Origin: Mobula hypostoma
Taxonomy: Eukaryota
Assembly (NCBI RefSeq): GCF_963921235.1
Contig: NC_086109.1
Span: forward strand, 3,536,001-3,600,000
Reading direction: 5' to 3'
DNA: 64,000 bases
Positions 1-12,984 of this stretch are shown one piece after another. Position numbers and translations under genes: made by a program. How positions within the stretch are numbered: the first letter of the stretch is position 1; every line of letters starts with the position of its first letter. Below the pieces are notes generated by a model. It was not told the DNA's origin. It saw only the letters and a program-made list of their open reading frames with translations, and did not search any database.

Positions 1-294
1 CAAGGTGTAGCACCGGCTTAGCCCCCCCACCCCCGGCCCTCGTTCAGGGTCACGTGAAGCCATGGGAGCAGATGGTGGATGGTCGTATGAGCAGCTGGTG
101 CAGATCACATTCCTCGTTATGCGACCACTGACGCCAGGCAGACAATCTCTGAAGAGTATTGATAATGTCTGGGGTCACCCGTCTAGTAAAGACACTGCCC
201 AGAAGGCAGCAATGACAAAACTTGCCAAGAGCAGTCATGGTCATGGAAAGACTATGAGTGTCCACGTCGTACGACACAGCACGTAGTGATGATG
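1..294 (+). mobile_element. SINE-like retroposon with RTE-type tail, 5' part outside the window
   Basis: Reverse-complement homolog at 21855-22232. Ends in (GAT)n. The segment GCCCAGAAGGCAGCAATGACAAAAC resembles RTE/BovB-type tails. Confidence 0.65.
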
Positions 295-519
295 TTGAGA
301 TATTATTATCTGTTAAATATACTGTTACAGGACTATATGAAAACTAAAACTATTTCAAACTATTTCAAAGCTCTGAATAGGATAATTTATTTATAATGTG
401 TATTATTCTTCCAACCAGCAATGAAAAAGCATTTAATATTGTTGCTATAAGTATTCAGTGAGATCCTTGTGACTGATGCAATGTGGCTTGGTGCCCCCCC
501 CCCACTCCACGCGTGTGCG

Positions 520-522
<3 letters not shown>

Positions 523-586
<64 letters not shown>
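523..586. repeat. (CA)n microsatellite
   Basis: About 31 perfect CA units. Confidence 0.99.
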
Positions 587-588
<2 letters not shown>

Positions 589-744
589 CGACCAAGATAC
601 CCACCTTTGCCGACCCTTTTTGGGCCATATCCCTAACCTTTGCTATCCATGTCTTTACTGTAATGCTGTCTGCCTTTACCACTTTCTCTGGCAGCTCGTT
701 TCATATCTAGTATCTTACTTACGTATATAAGTTTAAATCTCACC

Positions 745-1072
745 CATCACTAGGGACCCCCATCACCTAAGACAAATCCTCTTCTCATTGCTACCATCAG
801 GAAGGAGGTACAAGAGCCTGAAGACACACACTCAATGATCCAGGAACAGTTTCTTCCCCTCTGCCATTAGATTTCTGAATGGACATTGAACCCATGAACA
901 CTACCTCACTACTTTTTAAAAAAAAAATTTGCATTATTTATTTAATTGAACTAATAGACTCTAATTCACAATTTTTTTCCTCTCTATTACTATGTATTGG
1001 ATTGTACTGCTGCTGCAAAGACAACAAATTTCACAACATATGCTGTGATATTAAACCTGATGGTGATTCTGA
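745..1072 (+). mobile_element. Rex1/Babar-clade LINE, 3' end fragment
   Basis: Encodes an LLPSGRRYKSL...RNSFFPSAIRFLN-like ORF end, followed by a 3'UTR shared with many copies in the window. Confidence 0.8.
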
Positions 1073-1179
1073 GACATATAAATTTTAACATCCATCTGGA
1101 ATAAGTCAGTGATGGTGATTGAAATTGCCTGTTGTGGTAAACTGGTGCTGCTTGAGAAGGAAGGAAAGGTGCCCCATCT

Positions 1180-1362
1180 TCCCCCCTCACCTGGTCTCGC
1201 CTATCACCTGCCAGCTTGTACTCCTTCCCCTCCCCACACCTTCATTCCAGCTTCTGCCCTCTACCTTTCCAGTCCTGATGTGAGGCCTCGGCCCGAAACG
1301 CCAACTCTTTGCTCCCCTCAGTAGATGCTGCCTGACCTGCTGGGTTCCTCCAGCATTTTCAG
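1180..1362 (+). mobile_element. Penelope-like element terminal repeat with decayed hammerhead motif
   Basis: CAGTCCTGATGTGAGGCCTCGGCCCGAAACG...GATGCTGCCTGACCTGCTGGGTTCCTCCAGC matches the sequence downstream of the GIY-YIG ORF at 12985-13580. Confidence 0.8.
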
Positions 1363-1540
1363 TGGTTTGCGAAGGAAATCCGTCTGTCCGTGTATCTCAA
1401 GCCCCACTGTGCCGTGGCCCTTTCTCCCCTCGCTTCTCAGTGACCGCTTGTACTGTTGTCGCATGATCGCTGCGGTTCGAGGCTCAGGATGGGTGGGAGT
1501 AGCTGAGGAGGACGGCAATCCACACAGGGACAGAGGCCGA

Positions 1541-2300
1541 TTTCAAGTATCAAAGTAAATTTATTATTAAACTATGTATATATCACCATATACAACCCTG
1601 AGGTTCATATCATTGCAGGAAAAGGGAAATGCAGCAGAATTTACACTAAAGCAAGCTGTCCATAAACAAAGACGGACAGATGATTTATTTTTATTTATTG
1701 ATTGAAATTCAGCGTGGAGTAGGCCCTTCCGGCCCTTCGAGCTGCACTGCCTGGCAATTCCCCGATTTAATTCTAGCCAAATCACGGGACAATTTCCAAT
1801 GACCAATTAACCTACCAACCAACCAGTATGTCTTTGGACTGTGGGAGGAAACCCGCGTCGTATAGTGTGTAAAAGAAGAAAAATCGTGCAGTTAAAAAAT
1901 ATATAATAATACTAATAAAAATAATACTGAGAACATGAGTTGTAGAGTTCATGAAAGTGAGTGGGTTGAGTTTAGAGTTGAGGTGAGTGATGTTAGCCAC
2001 ACTGATTTAGGAGCCTGATGGTTGTAGGGTAATAATTCCTGAGCCTGGTGGGGCGGGACTTAAGGCTCATGTACCTCCTGCCCAATGGAAGGGAGCGCGG
2101 CCTGGATATGGTGAGGGTCCTTGATGATGGATGATGTTTTCTTGTTGCACCACCCGTCATCAAGGGCCCCCACCGTGTAAATGTGCTCAATGGTGGTGGG
2201 GGCGTTGCCTTTGATGGATTGGACTATATACACCACTTTCTGAAGACTTACCCATTCCTGGGCATTGGTGTTTCCGTAACGAGCCGTAGATATCTATAGA
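1541..2300 (-). mobile_element. Rex1/Babar LINE 3' fragment interrupted by a V-SINE
   Basis: Tail at 1541-1680, body at 1860-2300 (minus ORF RSLPLGRRYMSLKSRPTRLRNYYPTTIRLLN). Confidence 0.75.
1684..1856 (-). mobile_element. V-SINE (HE1-like), 3' part
   Basis: Reverse complement of GGTTTCCTCCCACAGTCCAAAGAC...GGTAGGTTAATTGG, CR1-type tail and (AATA)n. Confidence 0.85.
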
Positions 2301-2304
2301 TGTC

Positions 2305-2579
2305 CAAATGTGCAAAGCTGATAGAGATCAATCCACACAGGTGCCTGTACTAAATACTGACTTGGAGGGAGTGAATACTTAAGCAATCAATTAATTTGTG
2401 TTTTATTTCTGTAATTTATTTGTAATTAATCTCACTTTGTAGGGATCTGTTTTCACTTTGACATGAAAGTATCTTTCTCTGTTGATCAGAAAAGCCAAAT
2501 TAAATCCACTGTGATTCAATGTTGTAAAACAATAAAACATGAAAACTTCCAAGGCGGTGAATACTTTTTATAGGCTCTG
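2305..2579 (+). mobile_element. Tc1-like DNA transposon, right end
   Basis: Transposase C-terminus remnant (CAKLIE...TKY*) and a terminal repeat containing two GTGAATACTT direct repeats, ending GGTGAATACTTTTTATAGGCTCTG. Confidence 0.75.
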
Positions 2580-2596
2580 TCTCCATATATATATAA

Positions 2597-3170
2597 AACC
2601 ATATAACAATTACAGCACGGAAACAGGCCATCTCGGCCCTTCTAGTCTGTGCCGAACTCTTACCCTATCCTATTCCCACCAACCTACACTTAGCCCATAA
2701 CCCTCCATTCCTTTCCTGTCCATATATCTATCCAACTTAACTTTAAACAACAACATAGAACCTGCCTGAAGCACTTCTGCTGGAAGCTCATTCCACACAG
2801 CTACCACTCTCTGAGTAAAGAAGTTCCCCCTCATGTTACCCCTAAACGTTTGTCCTCTAATTCTCAACCCATGCCCTCTTGTTTGAATCTACCCCGCTCT
2901 CAATGGAAAAAGTCTAACCACGTCAACTCTATCAATCCCCCTCATAATTTTAAACACCTCTATCAAGTCTCCCCTCAACCTTCTATGCTCCAGAGAATAA
3001 AGACCTAACTTGTTCAACCTTTCTCTGTAACTTAGGAAATGAAACCCAGGCAACATTTTAGTAAACCTCCTCTGTACTCTCAATTTTATTGACATCCTTC
3101 CTATAATTCAGTGACCAGAACTGTACACAATATTCCAGATTTGGCCTTACCAATGCCTTATACAAATTCA
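2597..3170 (-). mobile_element. CR1/HER1 LINE 3' fragment
   Basis: RVQRRFTKMLPG...RLRGDLIEVFKIMRG...NFFTQRVVAVWNELP, with the 3' tail at 2597. Confidence 0.92.
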
Positions 3171-3194
3171 AATTCAATTGTTCAATATATAAAA

Positions 3195-3418
3195 GAGTCA
3201 AATTAAATAAGTGGTGCAAAAAAAAAGTAGTGGGGTTGTGTTCATGGATTCCATGTCCATTCAGAAATCTGACAGCAGAGGGGAAGAAGCTATTCCTGAA
3301 TTAAGTGAGTGTATGTCTTCTGGCTTCTGTACCTCCTCGATGATGGTAGCAACGAGAAGAGGGCACGTCCTGGGTCCTTAAGATTGGATGCCGCCTTTTT
3401 GAGTTATCGCTCCTTGAA
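3195..3418 (-). mobile_element. Rex1/Babar LINE fragment
   Basis: Homologous to 9265-9965 and to the reverse complement of 745-1072. Confidence 0.75.
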
Positions 3419-3419
3419 T

Positions 3420-3938
3420 TATTGAAGAAAGGATGTGCAGACATTGGACAGGGCTCAGAGGAGCTTCACAAGAATGATTCTGGGAATGAAAGCGTTATCA
3501 TGTGAGCAGCAATTGATGGCTCTGGTATTGTACTCGCTGGAATTCAGAAGAATAGGGAGGTCTCATTGAAACCTATCGAATGTTGAAAGATCGAGGTAAG
3601 TGGATGTGAAGAGGATGTTTTATTTGATGGGGGAGTCTAGGACCAGAGGGAACAGCCTGAAAATAGAGGGATGTTCATTTAGAACAGAGATGAGGTGGAA
3701 TTTCTTTAGCCGGAGGGTGGTGAATCTGCGGAATTCATTGACACAATTGGCTGTGGAGGCCAGGTCACTGGGTGCATTTAAGCCAGAGATTAATTGTTTC
3801 TTGATTGGTCAGGGCATGAAGGGATATGGGGAGAAGGCAGGAGATTCAGGCTGAGAGGAAAATTAGATCAGTCATGATGTGGAGCAGACTCGATGGGCTG
3901 CATGGCCAAGTTCTGCTCCTGTATCTTCCGGTCTTACT
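3420..3938 (+). mobile_element. CR1/HER1 LINE 3' fragment
   Basis: GESRTRGNSLKIEG...NFFSRRVVNL, followed by a CR1 3'UTR. Confidence 0.9.
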
Positions 3939-4676
3939 GAGCATCTATGAAATGCGAGCTTTTTAAAAACTTTTTCTGCTAGATGAGCAAATTGCTTCTG
4001 CATCTCATTCAAAGGATGGTCCGTCCACACAGAATTGTTGGCAGCAGGAACCAAAGCCATGTTGATAAAATGGATTAAATTAAATCCACTTTAGTTCCAG
4101 ATTTACCGCATTGTCTGTAAACACATTGGATCAGAAATTAGAGAATGAGGGCTGCACTTGGTGCTTTGCCTCATGTAACAGGAGACGTGTTCATTAAATA
4201 ATCCAGCATTTGACACAGCTTTAGCTGTCATGTTGGAATGTTTGATAATGAAGTCAATTACACTGATACTGATACACTTTGAAACACCCGTGGCTGCGGT
4301 CAGAGTATTTTAGTGTTAATTTATCCAGGCAAGCCTCTGGGTGCTTCACCCTCGTCTAGCACTTTGTTACAAAGGATATCCCACAAAGATGCTACAAGTG
4401 CAGGCCAGTGCACAACAAGTTTCACAACGTATGGCAAACATATTGAAGCCTGTTCTGATTCAGTTCCTACACGGTGGCTCAGTGTTTAGCCAAGCTGAAC
4501 CACAGTACCATTGATGAGACTCCAGTGGTGGAAGCAAGAGGAGGCATGTTAGATACCAGATCTTTTGATGCCTTCTGTTGGGAGCAGGTGTATGCTCCCT
4601 AAACACAAAGGCGCTGTGCAGAGCAGCAGGACCAGGTGTTTGATGTGCGGTGCCTCTGCACAGCAACAGCTGGCCG

Positions 4677-5065
4677 GATTCGGATTCGGATTCATTTATT
4701 TATTGAGACATACAGTGAAGTGCGGCGTTTGCTCCAACAACCCTCACAACCGAAGGATGTGCTGGGGAGGGGGCAGCCCGCAAGTATCGCCGCACGTTCC
4801 AGCTGCAACATAGCGCGTCCATAATGTTCAGCAGTTGTGGCTGTGTACGGTGACACTGATAATAAAGTTACTTTGAACTTTTTGAGTTTTGAACAACACA
4901 AACAGCAGCAACAAAAAAAAACAAGACCCAGCCACTCATTCACACACACACGGTCTGGCCGCCAACCCCAGGACAAGGCTGCCTTCGGGTCTTCAGTCCT
5001 TGGCTCCAGACTATTAAACTTGCAGGCATGAGGAGTCCAGTTTCAGACTTCACTGACCTCTGGGT
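4677..5065 (-). mobile_element. Non-coding retroposon with Rex-like tail
   Basis: Homologous to 13812-14230 (GGATGTGCTGGGGGCAGCCC core). Tail of GGATTC repeats. Confidence 0.6.
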
Positions 5066-5578
5066 ATTCTGTCCGTTTCCTCGTGGTGCTCAGTCGGAGA
5101 GCCCTGTGAGGATCACAGAGACTTGTTGAGTACCAAGGCCCGGCTGCTGGACTTCATTTCTGTCTATCCTGTGGATTGTTTTACAGACCCCTCAGCCATT
5201 GCTTTATTTTTTGCTGTTGCATTTGAAACAAAAACTTTAATTGCTCCAAAACGAGCGACAAGAAGTGTTTATTGCAGCTGAACATGATGTTGTAATTAAG
5301 AACAATAAGAGTTTCTGTGGTATTCATTGTTGACCTTCGCTGTTGCTTTGTAGTGCTGCTATATATCTGCCATTACAACAGAAAATGCACCATTAATGTG
5401 CCATCTGTCTCTCTGTATTCTGCCTGAGTTATTGCATGCTGCATCCTTTCTCTGCCGAGCCATGCCCTGGTTTCTCTTTGCTGAGGAAGTGCGTGGATTA
5501 GAATCAGAATGGTACAGAACAAATCCAGGCCTTTGGGCTCACTGTGTCTGTGCTGATGGGGGTGGGGAAGGGTGACAC

Positions 5579-6090
5579 TAGGGTTGTCAACTGTCCCGTA
5601 TTAGCCGGGACATCCCATATATTGGGCCAAATTGGTTTGTCCCATACGGGACCGCCCTTGTCCCGTATTTCCCCCGCTAAGGTAGAGCGTTCCTGTGAAA
5701 CCGTTCGTGCCGAAATGGCGTAAAGCGAAGAAGCAATTACCAGTCATTTATATGGGAAAAATTTTTGAGCGTTCCCAGACCCAAAAAATAACCTGCCAAA
5801 TCATACCAAATAACACATAAAACCTAAAATAACACTAACGTATAGTAAAAGCAGGAATGATATGATAAATAGACAGCCTATATAAAGTAGAAATAATGTA
5901 CATACAATATGGTCGGGAAGATTAAGCCAAAACCGATTTGTGGCATGCGCACATCACGCATCATACACACACAGGTACCCTGCGCAAGGCTTCATGGTCA
6001 TGGTAGTCTTTCTCAGGGCAAACGCAAGTGTCCCGGGATTTGACTGCTACTTTTGTCCCTTATTTGGGAGTGAGAAGGTTGGTAACCCGA
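5579..6090. mobile_element. Non-autonomous hAT element (Blackjack-like MITE), 512 bp
   Basis: TIRs TAGGGTTGTCAACT / AGGTTGGTAACCCGA. Perfect 8-bp TSD GGTGACAC at 5571-5578 and 6091-6098. Subterminal TGTCCCG repeats. Confidence 0.9.
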
Positions 6091-6594
6091 GGTGACACAC
6101 ACTGCTGGGGGTGCACGTAGATCGTTCATTATGTGCCCCAGTGCTGGAGAAGAGGAGGCAGCAGTCACGGTGGGGAAGGTGTGGGGTGGAGTGTCAGATA
6201 CCATCATGTGCATGGCTTTGGAGCAGTCACATTTGTAGAGTAGTCCCTGTCCCTCCTAACTCACCCACACTACGCTCCCCTGAACACGTTATTCCCTGAC
6301 TTGCAGCTCCCGGCGACCACGTGGACTTCCTCCATGTGCTCCGGGTTAATTGCGTTGGGGGTTTAATCGCCTGCTGTAAACGGCTCTCACTTGTGTATGA
6401 GTGTGAGACTCTGGGAAGGCTAAAATGGCATTGATGCAGGATTATTGTAGAAGGGCGGTTTGTTGCCAAAGTGGGCTGAGTGAGCTGAGAGCCCTGTTTC
6501 CACGGTATAAACTCTGCAATAAATGAGGTAGGGTGGAGGTTTTTAAACAGGAAGAGAGGTAGCTTGATCAAGGCACTGAACGGCTCAGTACCCA

Positions 6595-8075
6595 AAGTTC
6601 AAAGTCAATTTTATTATGAAAGTACATGTATGTCGTCATATGCAGTCCTGAGATTAATATTCCTGTGGGCATGCTCAACAAATCTATAGAATTGTAACCG
6701 TAACAGGATCAGTGAAAGGTCAATCAGAATGCAGAAGATAACACACCGTGCAAATACAAACATAAATAAACTGCAATGAATAACAAGGTGAAGAGTCCTT
6801 AAAGTAGATCATTGGTTGTGGGAACATCTCCATGAATGGGCAAGTGAGTGCAGTTATCTCCTGAGGTGGTACACTTTGGAAGGACAAACTCCAATGCAGA
6901 GTACAAAGTAAATGGCAAGATACTTGGAAGTGTGGAGGAGCAGAGGGATCTGGGGGTACATGTCCACAGATCCCTGAAAGTTGCCTCACAGGTGGATAGG
7001 GTAGTTAAGAAAGCTTATGGGGTGTTAGCTTTCATAAGTCGAGGGATAGAGTTTAAGAGTCGCGATGTAATGATGCTCTGGTTAGGCCACACTGTGTCCA
7101 GTTCTGGTCACCTCACTATAGGAAGGATGTGGAAGCATTGGAAAGGGTACAGAGGAGATTTACCAGGATGCTGCCTGGTTTAGAAAGTATGCATTATGAT
7201 CAGAGATTAAGGGAGCTAGGGCTTTACTCTTTGGAGAGAAGGAGGATGAGAGGAGACATGATAGAGGTGTACAAGATAATAAGAGGAATAGATAGAGTGG
7301 ATAGCCAGCGCCTCTTCCCCAGGGCACCACTGCTCAATACAAGAGGACATGGCTTTAAGGTAAGGGATGGGAAGTTCAAGGGGGATATTAGAGAAAGGTT
7401 TTTTACTGAGAGTGGTTGGTGCGTGGAATGCACTGCCTGAGTCAGTGGTGGAGGCAGATACACTAGTGAAGTTTAAGAGACTACTAGACAGGTATATGGA
7501 GGAATTTAAGGTGGGGGCTTATATGGGAGGCAGGGTTTGAGGGTCGGCACAACATTGTGGGCCAAAGGGCCTGTACTGTGCTGTACTATTCTATGTTCTA
7601 TGTTCTATTCAAGAGCCTGATGGTTGAGGGGTAGTAACTGCACTTGAACCTGGTGGTGTGAGTCCTGAGGCTCTTGTACCTTCTATCAAAAGGCAGCAGC
7701 GAGAAGAGGGCTGAGTGGTGGGGATCTCTGATGATGGATGACAGCGTTTTATGTAGATGTGCTCAATGGTTGGGAAGGCCTTACCAGTGATGTACTGGGC
7801 TGAATCTACTACCATTTGTAGGATTTTCTGCTGAAAGGCATTGGTGTTCCCATACCAGGCCAAAATGCTGCCAGTAAATACACTCGCCACTATATATCTA
7901 TAGAAGTTTGTCAAAGTTTTAGATGTCATGCCAAATCTCCCCAGACTCCTAAGGAAGTAGAGGTACTGCCATGCTTTCTTCACAATTGCGCTTACGTGCT
8001 GGGTCCAGGACAGGTCCTCTGAAATAGTAACACCCAGGAATTTAAAGTTGCTGACCCTCTCCACCTCTGATCCTC
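6595..8075 (-). mobile_element. Rex1/Babar LINE 3' fragment split by a CR1 insertion
   Basis: Tail at 6595-6861. ORF 7609-8075 reads VERVSNFKFLGVTISEDLSWTQH...KKAWQYLYFLRSL (RT thumb region). Confidence 0.88.
6862..7607 (+). mobile_element. CR1/HER1 LINE 3' fragment nested in Rex1
   Basis: EVVHFGR...EQRDLGVHV...LERVQRRFTRMLPGL, ending in (CTATGTT)n. Confidence 0.93.
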
Positions 8076-8139
8076 TGGCAACCCTTGTGTTGATAAGCAA
8101 CGGGCTTGGGCTGCAGGTGAAGAAGGAGTAGAGAGAAGA

Positions 8140-8870
8140 TTCAAAGTACATTTATTATCAAAGTATGTACACAGTTTACAGCCCTGAGATTTGTCTTCCC
8201 ACAGGCAGCCACGAAACAAAGAAATGGTATGAAAACGACTCAAAGAAAACAATCACCAAATCTTGAGAAAAAGTACAAATCGCACAAACAGTTATAATCG
8301 AGCGAATAGCACACAGAATATTAAACATGAAACTGTGGAGTTCTCGAAACGGCCCAATATACATGTACACCGTCAAACAGGACAATATTTCTCCAGGCCA
8401 GGGTGTAAAGCTCTGAAATATGCATAACACACATAACACAGACTAACTTATGAAAGTAAGGATAAAATCTACAGGTAGATTACAAATAAATAAACAAACT
8501 AAAGGGCATAAATTAAAAATTGTAAGGTACAGATCAGATTAACCAGTGACACTTTGAATGCGATGCGGCTGGGAGTTCAGAAGCCTGATGGCTTGAGGGA
8601 AGAAGCTGTTTCCCATCCTGACTGTTCTTGTTTTTATACATCGGAATCTCCCGCCTGATGGTAGAAAGTCAAAGAGGATGCTGGATGGATGGGTGGGATC
8701 TTTGATAATACTAAGTGCTCCTGATAGATGGATGGTAGGGAGACCCTTATGATCCTCTCAGCCATTTTCACAGTCCTTTGTAGGAAATTCCAGTCCACTG
8801 CTCAGCTGGATAGAGATGCCACTTGTCAGGATGCTCTCAGAGGTGCTCCTAGAAAATGCAGTTAAGATAA
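8140..8870 (-). mobile_element. Rex1/Babar-type fragments (tail plus ORF end)
   Basis: Tail TTCAAAGTACATTTATTATCAAAG and ORF-end homology (GGGAAGAAGCTGTTTCCCATCCTG...GATGGTAGAAAG). Confidence 0.65.
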
Positions 8871-9264
8871 GAATTGTCAGAGTTCAAATTAATAAATAAA
8901 ATTCCTTCATTTTTTATCATTTTTAAGCAGTTTATAGAGTGAAAAATTATAAAGAAACACTTCTGAAATGATATTAGCATGGTTTGCTCAATATGTCCCT
9001 ACAGGTTTCTCAAGGTCAGAGGGGTGTCAGTTAACTAATGTGTAGTGCACAGCTAAAACTCAATGAGTTTTGGAGAGATTAGAGAAAGTCGGTTCTGGGG
9101 AATGGCCATTAGAGCATAATTCTTGTCAACTGTGTTCTGACATTCAGTGTATTGGGTTTTTCAGGACATCACCTCTCCCTCTGGGGATTTTCTATCCTGG
9201 AAACTATTTAGTTCCCAGTGATCCTCACGATGGCCTCCTTCACTGAGATCATAATCTAAACAGT

Positions 9265-9965
9265 CAGAGTCAGAACCAGGTTTAATATCATTGGTGTAGG
9301 TCGTGAAGTTTGTTAACTTTGCAGTAGCAGTACAATGATAATGTAGGAAATAAAAAGAATTACAGTAAGTATATATATGTATATCAAATTGTTAAATTAA
9401 ATTGTGCAAAAACATCAACAAAAATGTAGTGAGGTAGTGTTCTTGGTTTCAGTGTCCAGTCTGAAATTAGATGGCAGAGGGGAAGAAGCTGTTCCCGAGT
9501 CACTGAGTGTGTGCCTCCAGGCTCCTGTACCTCCTTCCTGATGGTAACACTAAGAAGAGCGCATGTCCTGGGTGGTGGGGTGTCCTTAATGATGGATGCA
9601 GCCTTTTTGAGGCACTGCTCCTTGAAGATGTCATGGTTGGACACTATGGAGGCTAGTGCCTATGATGGAGCTGACTAACTTTACTACTGTTTGCAGCTTA
9701 ATTTGATCCTGTGCAGTTCCCCACCCCCCATACCAGATAGTGATGCAGCCAGTCAGAATGTTCTCCACAGTATATCTGTAGAAACCTTAGGGTTTATTAA
9801 GTGACATTCCAAATCTCCTCAAACTCCTAATGAAATATAGCTTCTGTCTTGCCTTCTTTATAGTTGCATCAATATTTTGGGACAAGGTTAGATCCTCAGA
9901 GATATTAATACTCGGGAACTTGGAACTGCTCACTCTCTCCACTTGTGTTCACTCTATAAGGATTG
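9265..9965 (-). mobile_element. Rex1/Babar LINE 3' fragment
   Basis: CLKKAASIIKD ORF end and (CTGATT)-like tail. Confidence 0.85.
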
Positions 9966-10959
9966 GTGTGAGCTCTGTCTGATTCCCGTCAAAAAAGTTC
10001 CCCGAAATCTGCGTTCAGCCGTGTACTGTGTCTGGAGAGCATCAAAGTATCTCTTTTGGAACAATGCATCAACCATGCAAAACACACCATTTTAAAATCT
10101 GCTCTGTCTTTGAATTCCAAAGATTTTTGCAGCGACTGGCCTTTGTGAAGCTTGGGATTTTTTGATGCTATGACTTTTTATTGCCTGCTGGGTTCATGGC
10201 CCCATGGGATTAAGTCTGGCACAGCTCCTCTTAGAAACTCCACAGATGGCTTGGTGCTTCAAAGAAAGAGGCTTTTAGCGAAGCAAAGCTAGAAGAATGT
10301 GTCAAGAATCCAGGAGATCTGCCTTAAAGGTATTTAAGGTCAAGTAGAAAAGTTATTTTTATATCTCCTGTGGCCATATATTGTCTTTCTGCCAGAAGAC
10401 TTGATTATTTTTTTAGAACCTCAATCCCACCCTGTTGGAGTTGGTCGTTAGAGGTGTGCAGGTTCTGATCAGGACAGGGCTGCCTGTTCAAACTTGTACC
10501 ATCAGAAGATAACCAGTGTTCTCCCTGCCATGGTAACCAGACTTCCTATAATCTCATAAGCCGTGTGAACATTGAAGGTCAAAAGGTATTGAAGAGGTAG
10601 AGAGAGATATGGGAGCAGGGTCAGAACTTCATTCCTAATCTCTTCGAGAGGTTAACTTAGAGTTTACAGGAGGCAGCTAAAAGTTTGACATACATACATC
10701 TGGAGTCCAACCCAGAAACAGTGTTGTTATTTTCCCATTTCCCCCACTTAGCTTCCAGCCCATATTCTCTTTGTTCCTGGAAAACTAACTCCCTAATTCC
10801 TGTGTTTACAAAGTCACTCCTGTCTAACCTTGGGCCCATGATGCATTCTGAATGTTCTCAACTTGTCCCCTGCTGCCAGCTCACGTCTGCCCTCTCCCTG
10901 CCGCTAGGCCCCATTCTTCCTGGGCTCTCGTTGCAAGCTGCCCCCCCACACCCCACATA

Positions 10960-11300
10960 TCAGAATCAGGTCTGATATCACCAGCATATGTCGTGAAATT
11001 TGTTAACTTTGCAGTAGCAGTTCAATATATGATAATGTAGAACAAAAAATGGAGTTACAGTTAAATTGTGAAGTACAGTTATATATATTAATAGTTAAAT
11101 TAAATTAAGTAGTGCAAAAACAGAAATTAAAAAAAGTAGTGAGGGAGTGTTCATGGGTTCAATGTCCATTCAGAAATCTGGTGGCAGAGAGGAAGAAGCT
11201 GTTCCTGAATCACTGAGTGTGTGTCTTCAGCCTCCTGTACCTCCTTCCTGATGGTAGCAACGAGAAGAGGGCATGTCTTGGGTGGTGGAAGTCCTTAATC
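10960..11300 (-). mobile_element. Rex1/Babar LINE 3' fragment
   Basis: Close copy of 9265-9590. Confidence 0.85.
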
Positions 11301-11304
11301 TACT

Positions 11305-11455
11305 CATAGAAACATAGAAAATAGGTGCAGAAGTAGGCCATTCGGCCCTTCGAGCCTGCACCGCCATTCAGTATGATCACGGCTGATCATCCAACTCAGA
11401 ACCCCGTACCTGCCTTCCCTCCATACCCCCGATCCCTTTAGCCACAAGGGCCATA
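11305..11455 (-). mobile_element. CR1 3'UTR and tail
   Basis: CATAGAAACATAGAAAATAGGTGCAGAAGTAGGCCATTCGGCCC; homologous to 53520-53650. Confidence 0.85.
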
Positions 11456-11689
11456 CTCACTCCTTCCATTATAATCATTCTACTCTTTCCAGTGCACAGT
11501 GTAATGACTTGATCTGTATGAACAGTATGCGAGACAGTATATTCACTGTATCTTGGTACATGTCACAATAGCAATTCCATTGCCAGTTCTCTGTTCCCGT
11601 TTCTCAAGTGCCCTTTGCCCTGTTTTTCCTGTCTGCCCTCCTACCTCATCATGAGCCTGAGATTTGCCTCCTGTTCACTCGTAGCTGAG

Positions 11690-11930
11690 GGGAAAGCCGA
11701 TAGGAGTTTTTCCAAGTTAAGAAAGATGTGGGTAGGGTACACATAACGTCTCTTTCGGGTCAGAGATGTCGGTTATCAGAGAGCATACCCTTCAGGCGAG
11801 AGGGAGGAAAGCTGAAAGGTGTGTGGGGAAAGTTCCTTACACAGAGTGGTGGTGTCTGGAATGTGCTTCCAGGGCTGGTGGTGGAGGTAGGTGTGATCAA
11901 GGTGTTTGATAGGTTGTTGGAGACATGAAC
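11690..11930 (+). mobile_element. Degenerate CR1 fragment
   Basis: GKFLTQ..V.VWN.LPG.VVE motif. Confidence 0.7.
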
Positions 11931-12054
11931 TTGGTACGCGGGGTGCAGTGTACGGATGCGGGGCGTGGCATAAGGGATGCGGGGTTGTGCACAGGGTGCG
12001 AGAATAGTGTGTGGGGTCAGGGGTGGAGGGAGCAGAGAATGGGGGAAGGGGCCA

Positions 12055-12312
12055 GGGCGCCACGGTAGCCCTTTAGCACGACGCTGTTATGGCAGGCTGT
12101 TCCAGAGTTCGTAGATCAATTCCAGCGTCTTCAATAACATGTGTACATGTGGGTTTCCTCCGGGTGCTCCAGTTTCCTCCCACAGTCCAAAAACGTACCA
12201 GTTGGTAGGTTAATTTGTCACTGTGATAAGGTTTGGGTTAAATCGGAGGATTGCTGGGTGCCACAGTGTGGGTCATTGGGACTGTTCCATTCTGTATATC
12301 TAAATAAGTAAA
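12055..12312 (+). mobile_element. V-SINE (HE1-like)
   Basis: Degenerate tRNA-like head and V-domain GTGGGTTTCCTCCGGGTGCTCCAGTTTCCTCCCACAGTCCAAA. Confidence 0.88.
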
Positions 12313-12984
12313 TTGCAGGTTGTGGAGTATGTGACAATAGGGTGTGGGGGCAGAATGCAGTGTGTGGATTATAACGTACAAGGTACGGGCTGTGGGGTGT
12401 GATGTATGGGCAGGGTGTGCGAAGTCTGGTGCTCGATCGGTGCTCTTTGTGATTAGGACACTGTTGATTACAGAGAGATTCATTTCCATTATTCTAGGGA
12501 GAGCTAATAGGTGGGACTGGTCTGACAGTGCGATCCATAACAGAGCATAGTCGTGCTCTTCTAGCGGTATAAACTAAAGAAATGAAATTGTCCTTGCCTG
12601 CTGATATTGATCTGATAAAAGAGAATAGTCTGTAATAAAAACAGATAGATCTGCACAATTGGGGGGAGCAGAGATTTTGTTTAAAGTCGGTGACTTGATT
12701 AGAGAGAACAGGAGAACAGTTGAACATTATACCCCCCTTGGCACCTACTGACCCCAACCCTGATGCCTCAAACTCCCCCCATGCACCCCACCTCACCCCA
12801 CCATCTCACCTGCTCTCCACTGCTCGCTAATTCCCTCATCCACGCATTCACCTTCACCCCACCTCAAACCGCCCCTCAAAACCCCCATCTACCCCACCCC
12901 ACCTCCCTGCTACTGTCAGTGAGGTTGTAGCGGGTGGCGTTAATGCTTTTTATAGGGAGGCTGATTAACCAGAGCAACACTTTC

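Noticed and set aside
387..730. CV- and HT-repeat ORFs
   Set aside because: Translations of the (CA)n microsatellite; the same applies near 51924.
12720..12910. C-rich tract as a functional G-quadruplex element
   Set aside because: Low-complexity sequence with no supporting context; likewise the G-rich 15400-15570 and 37680-37810.
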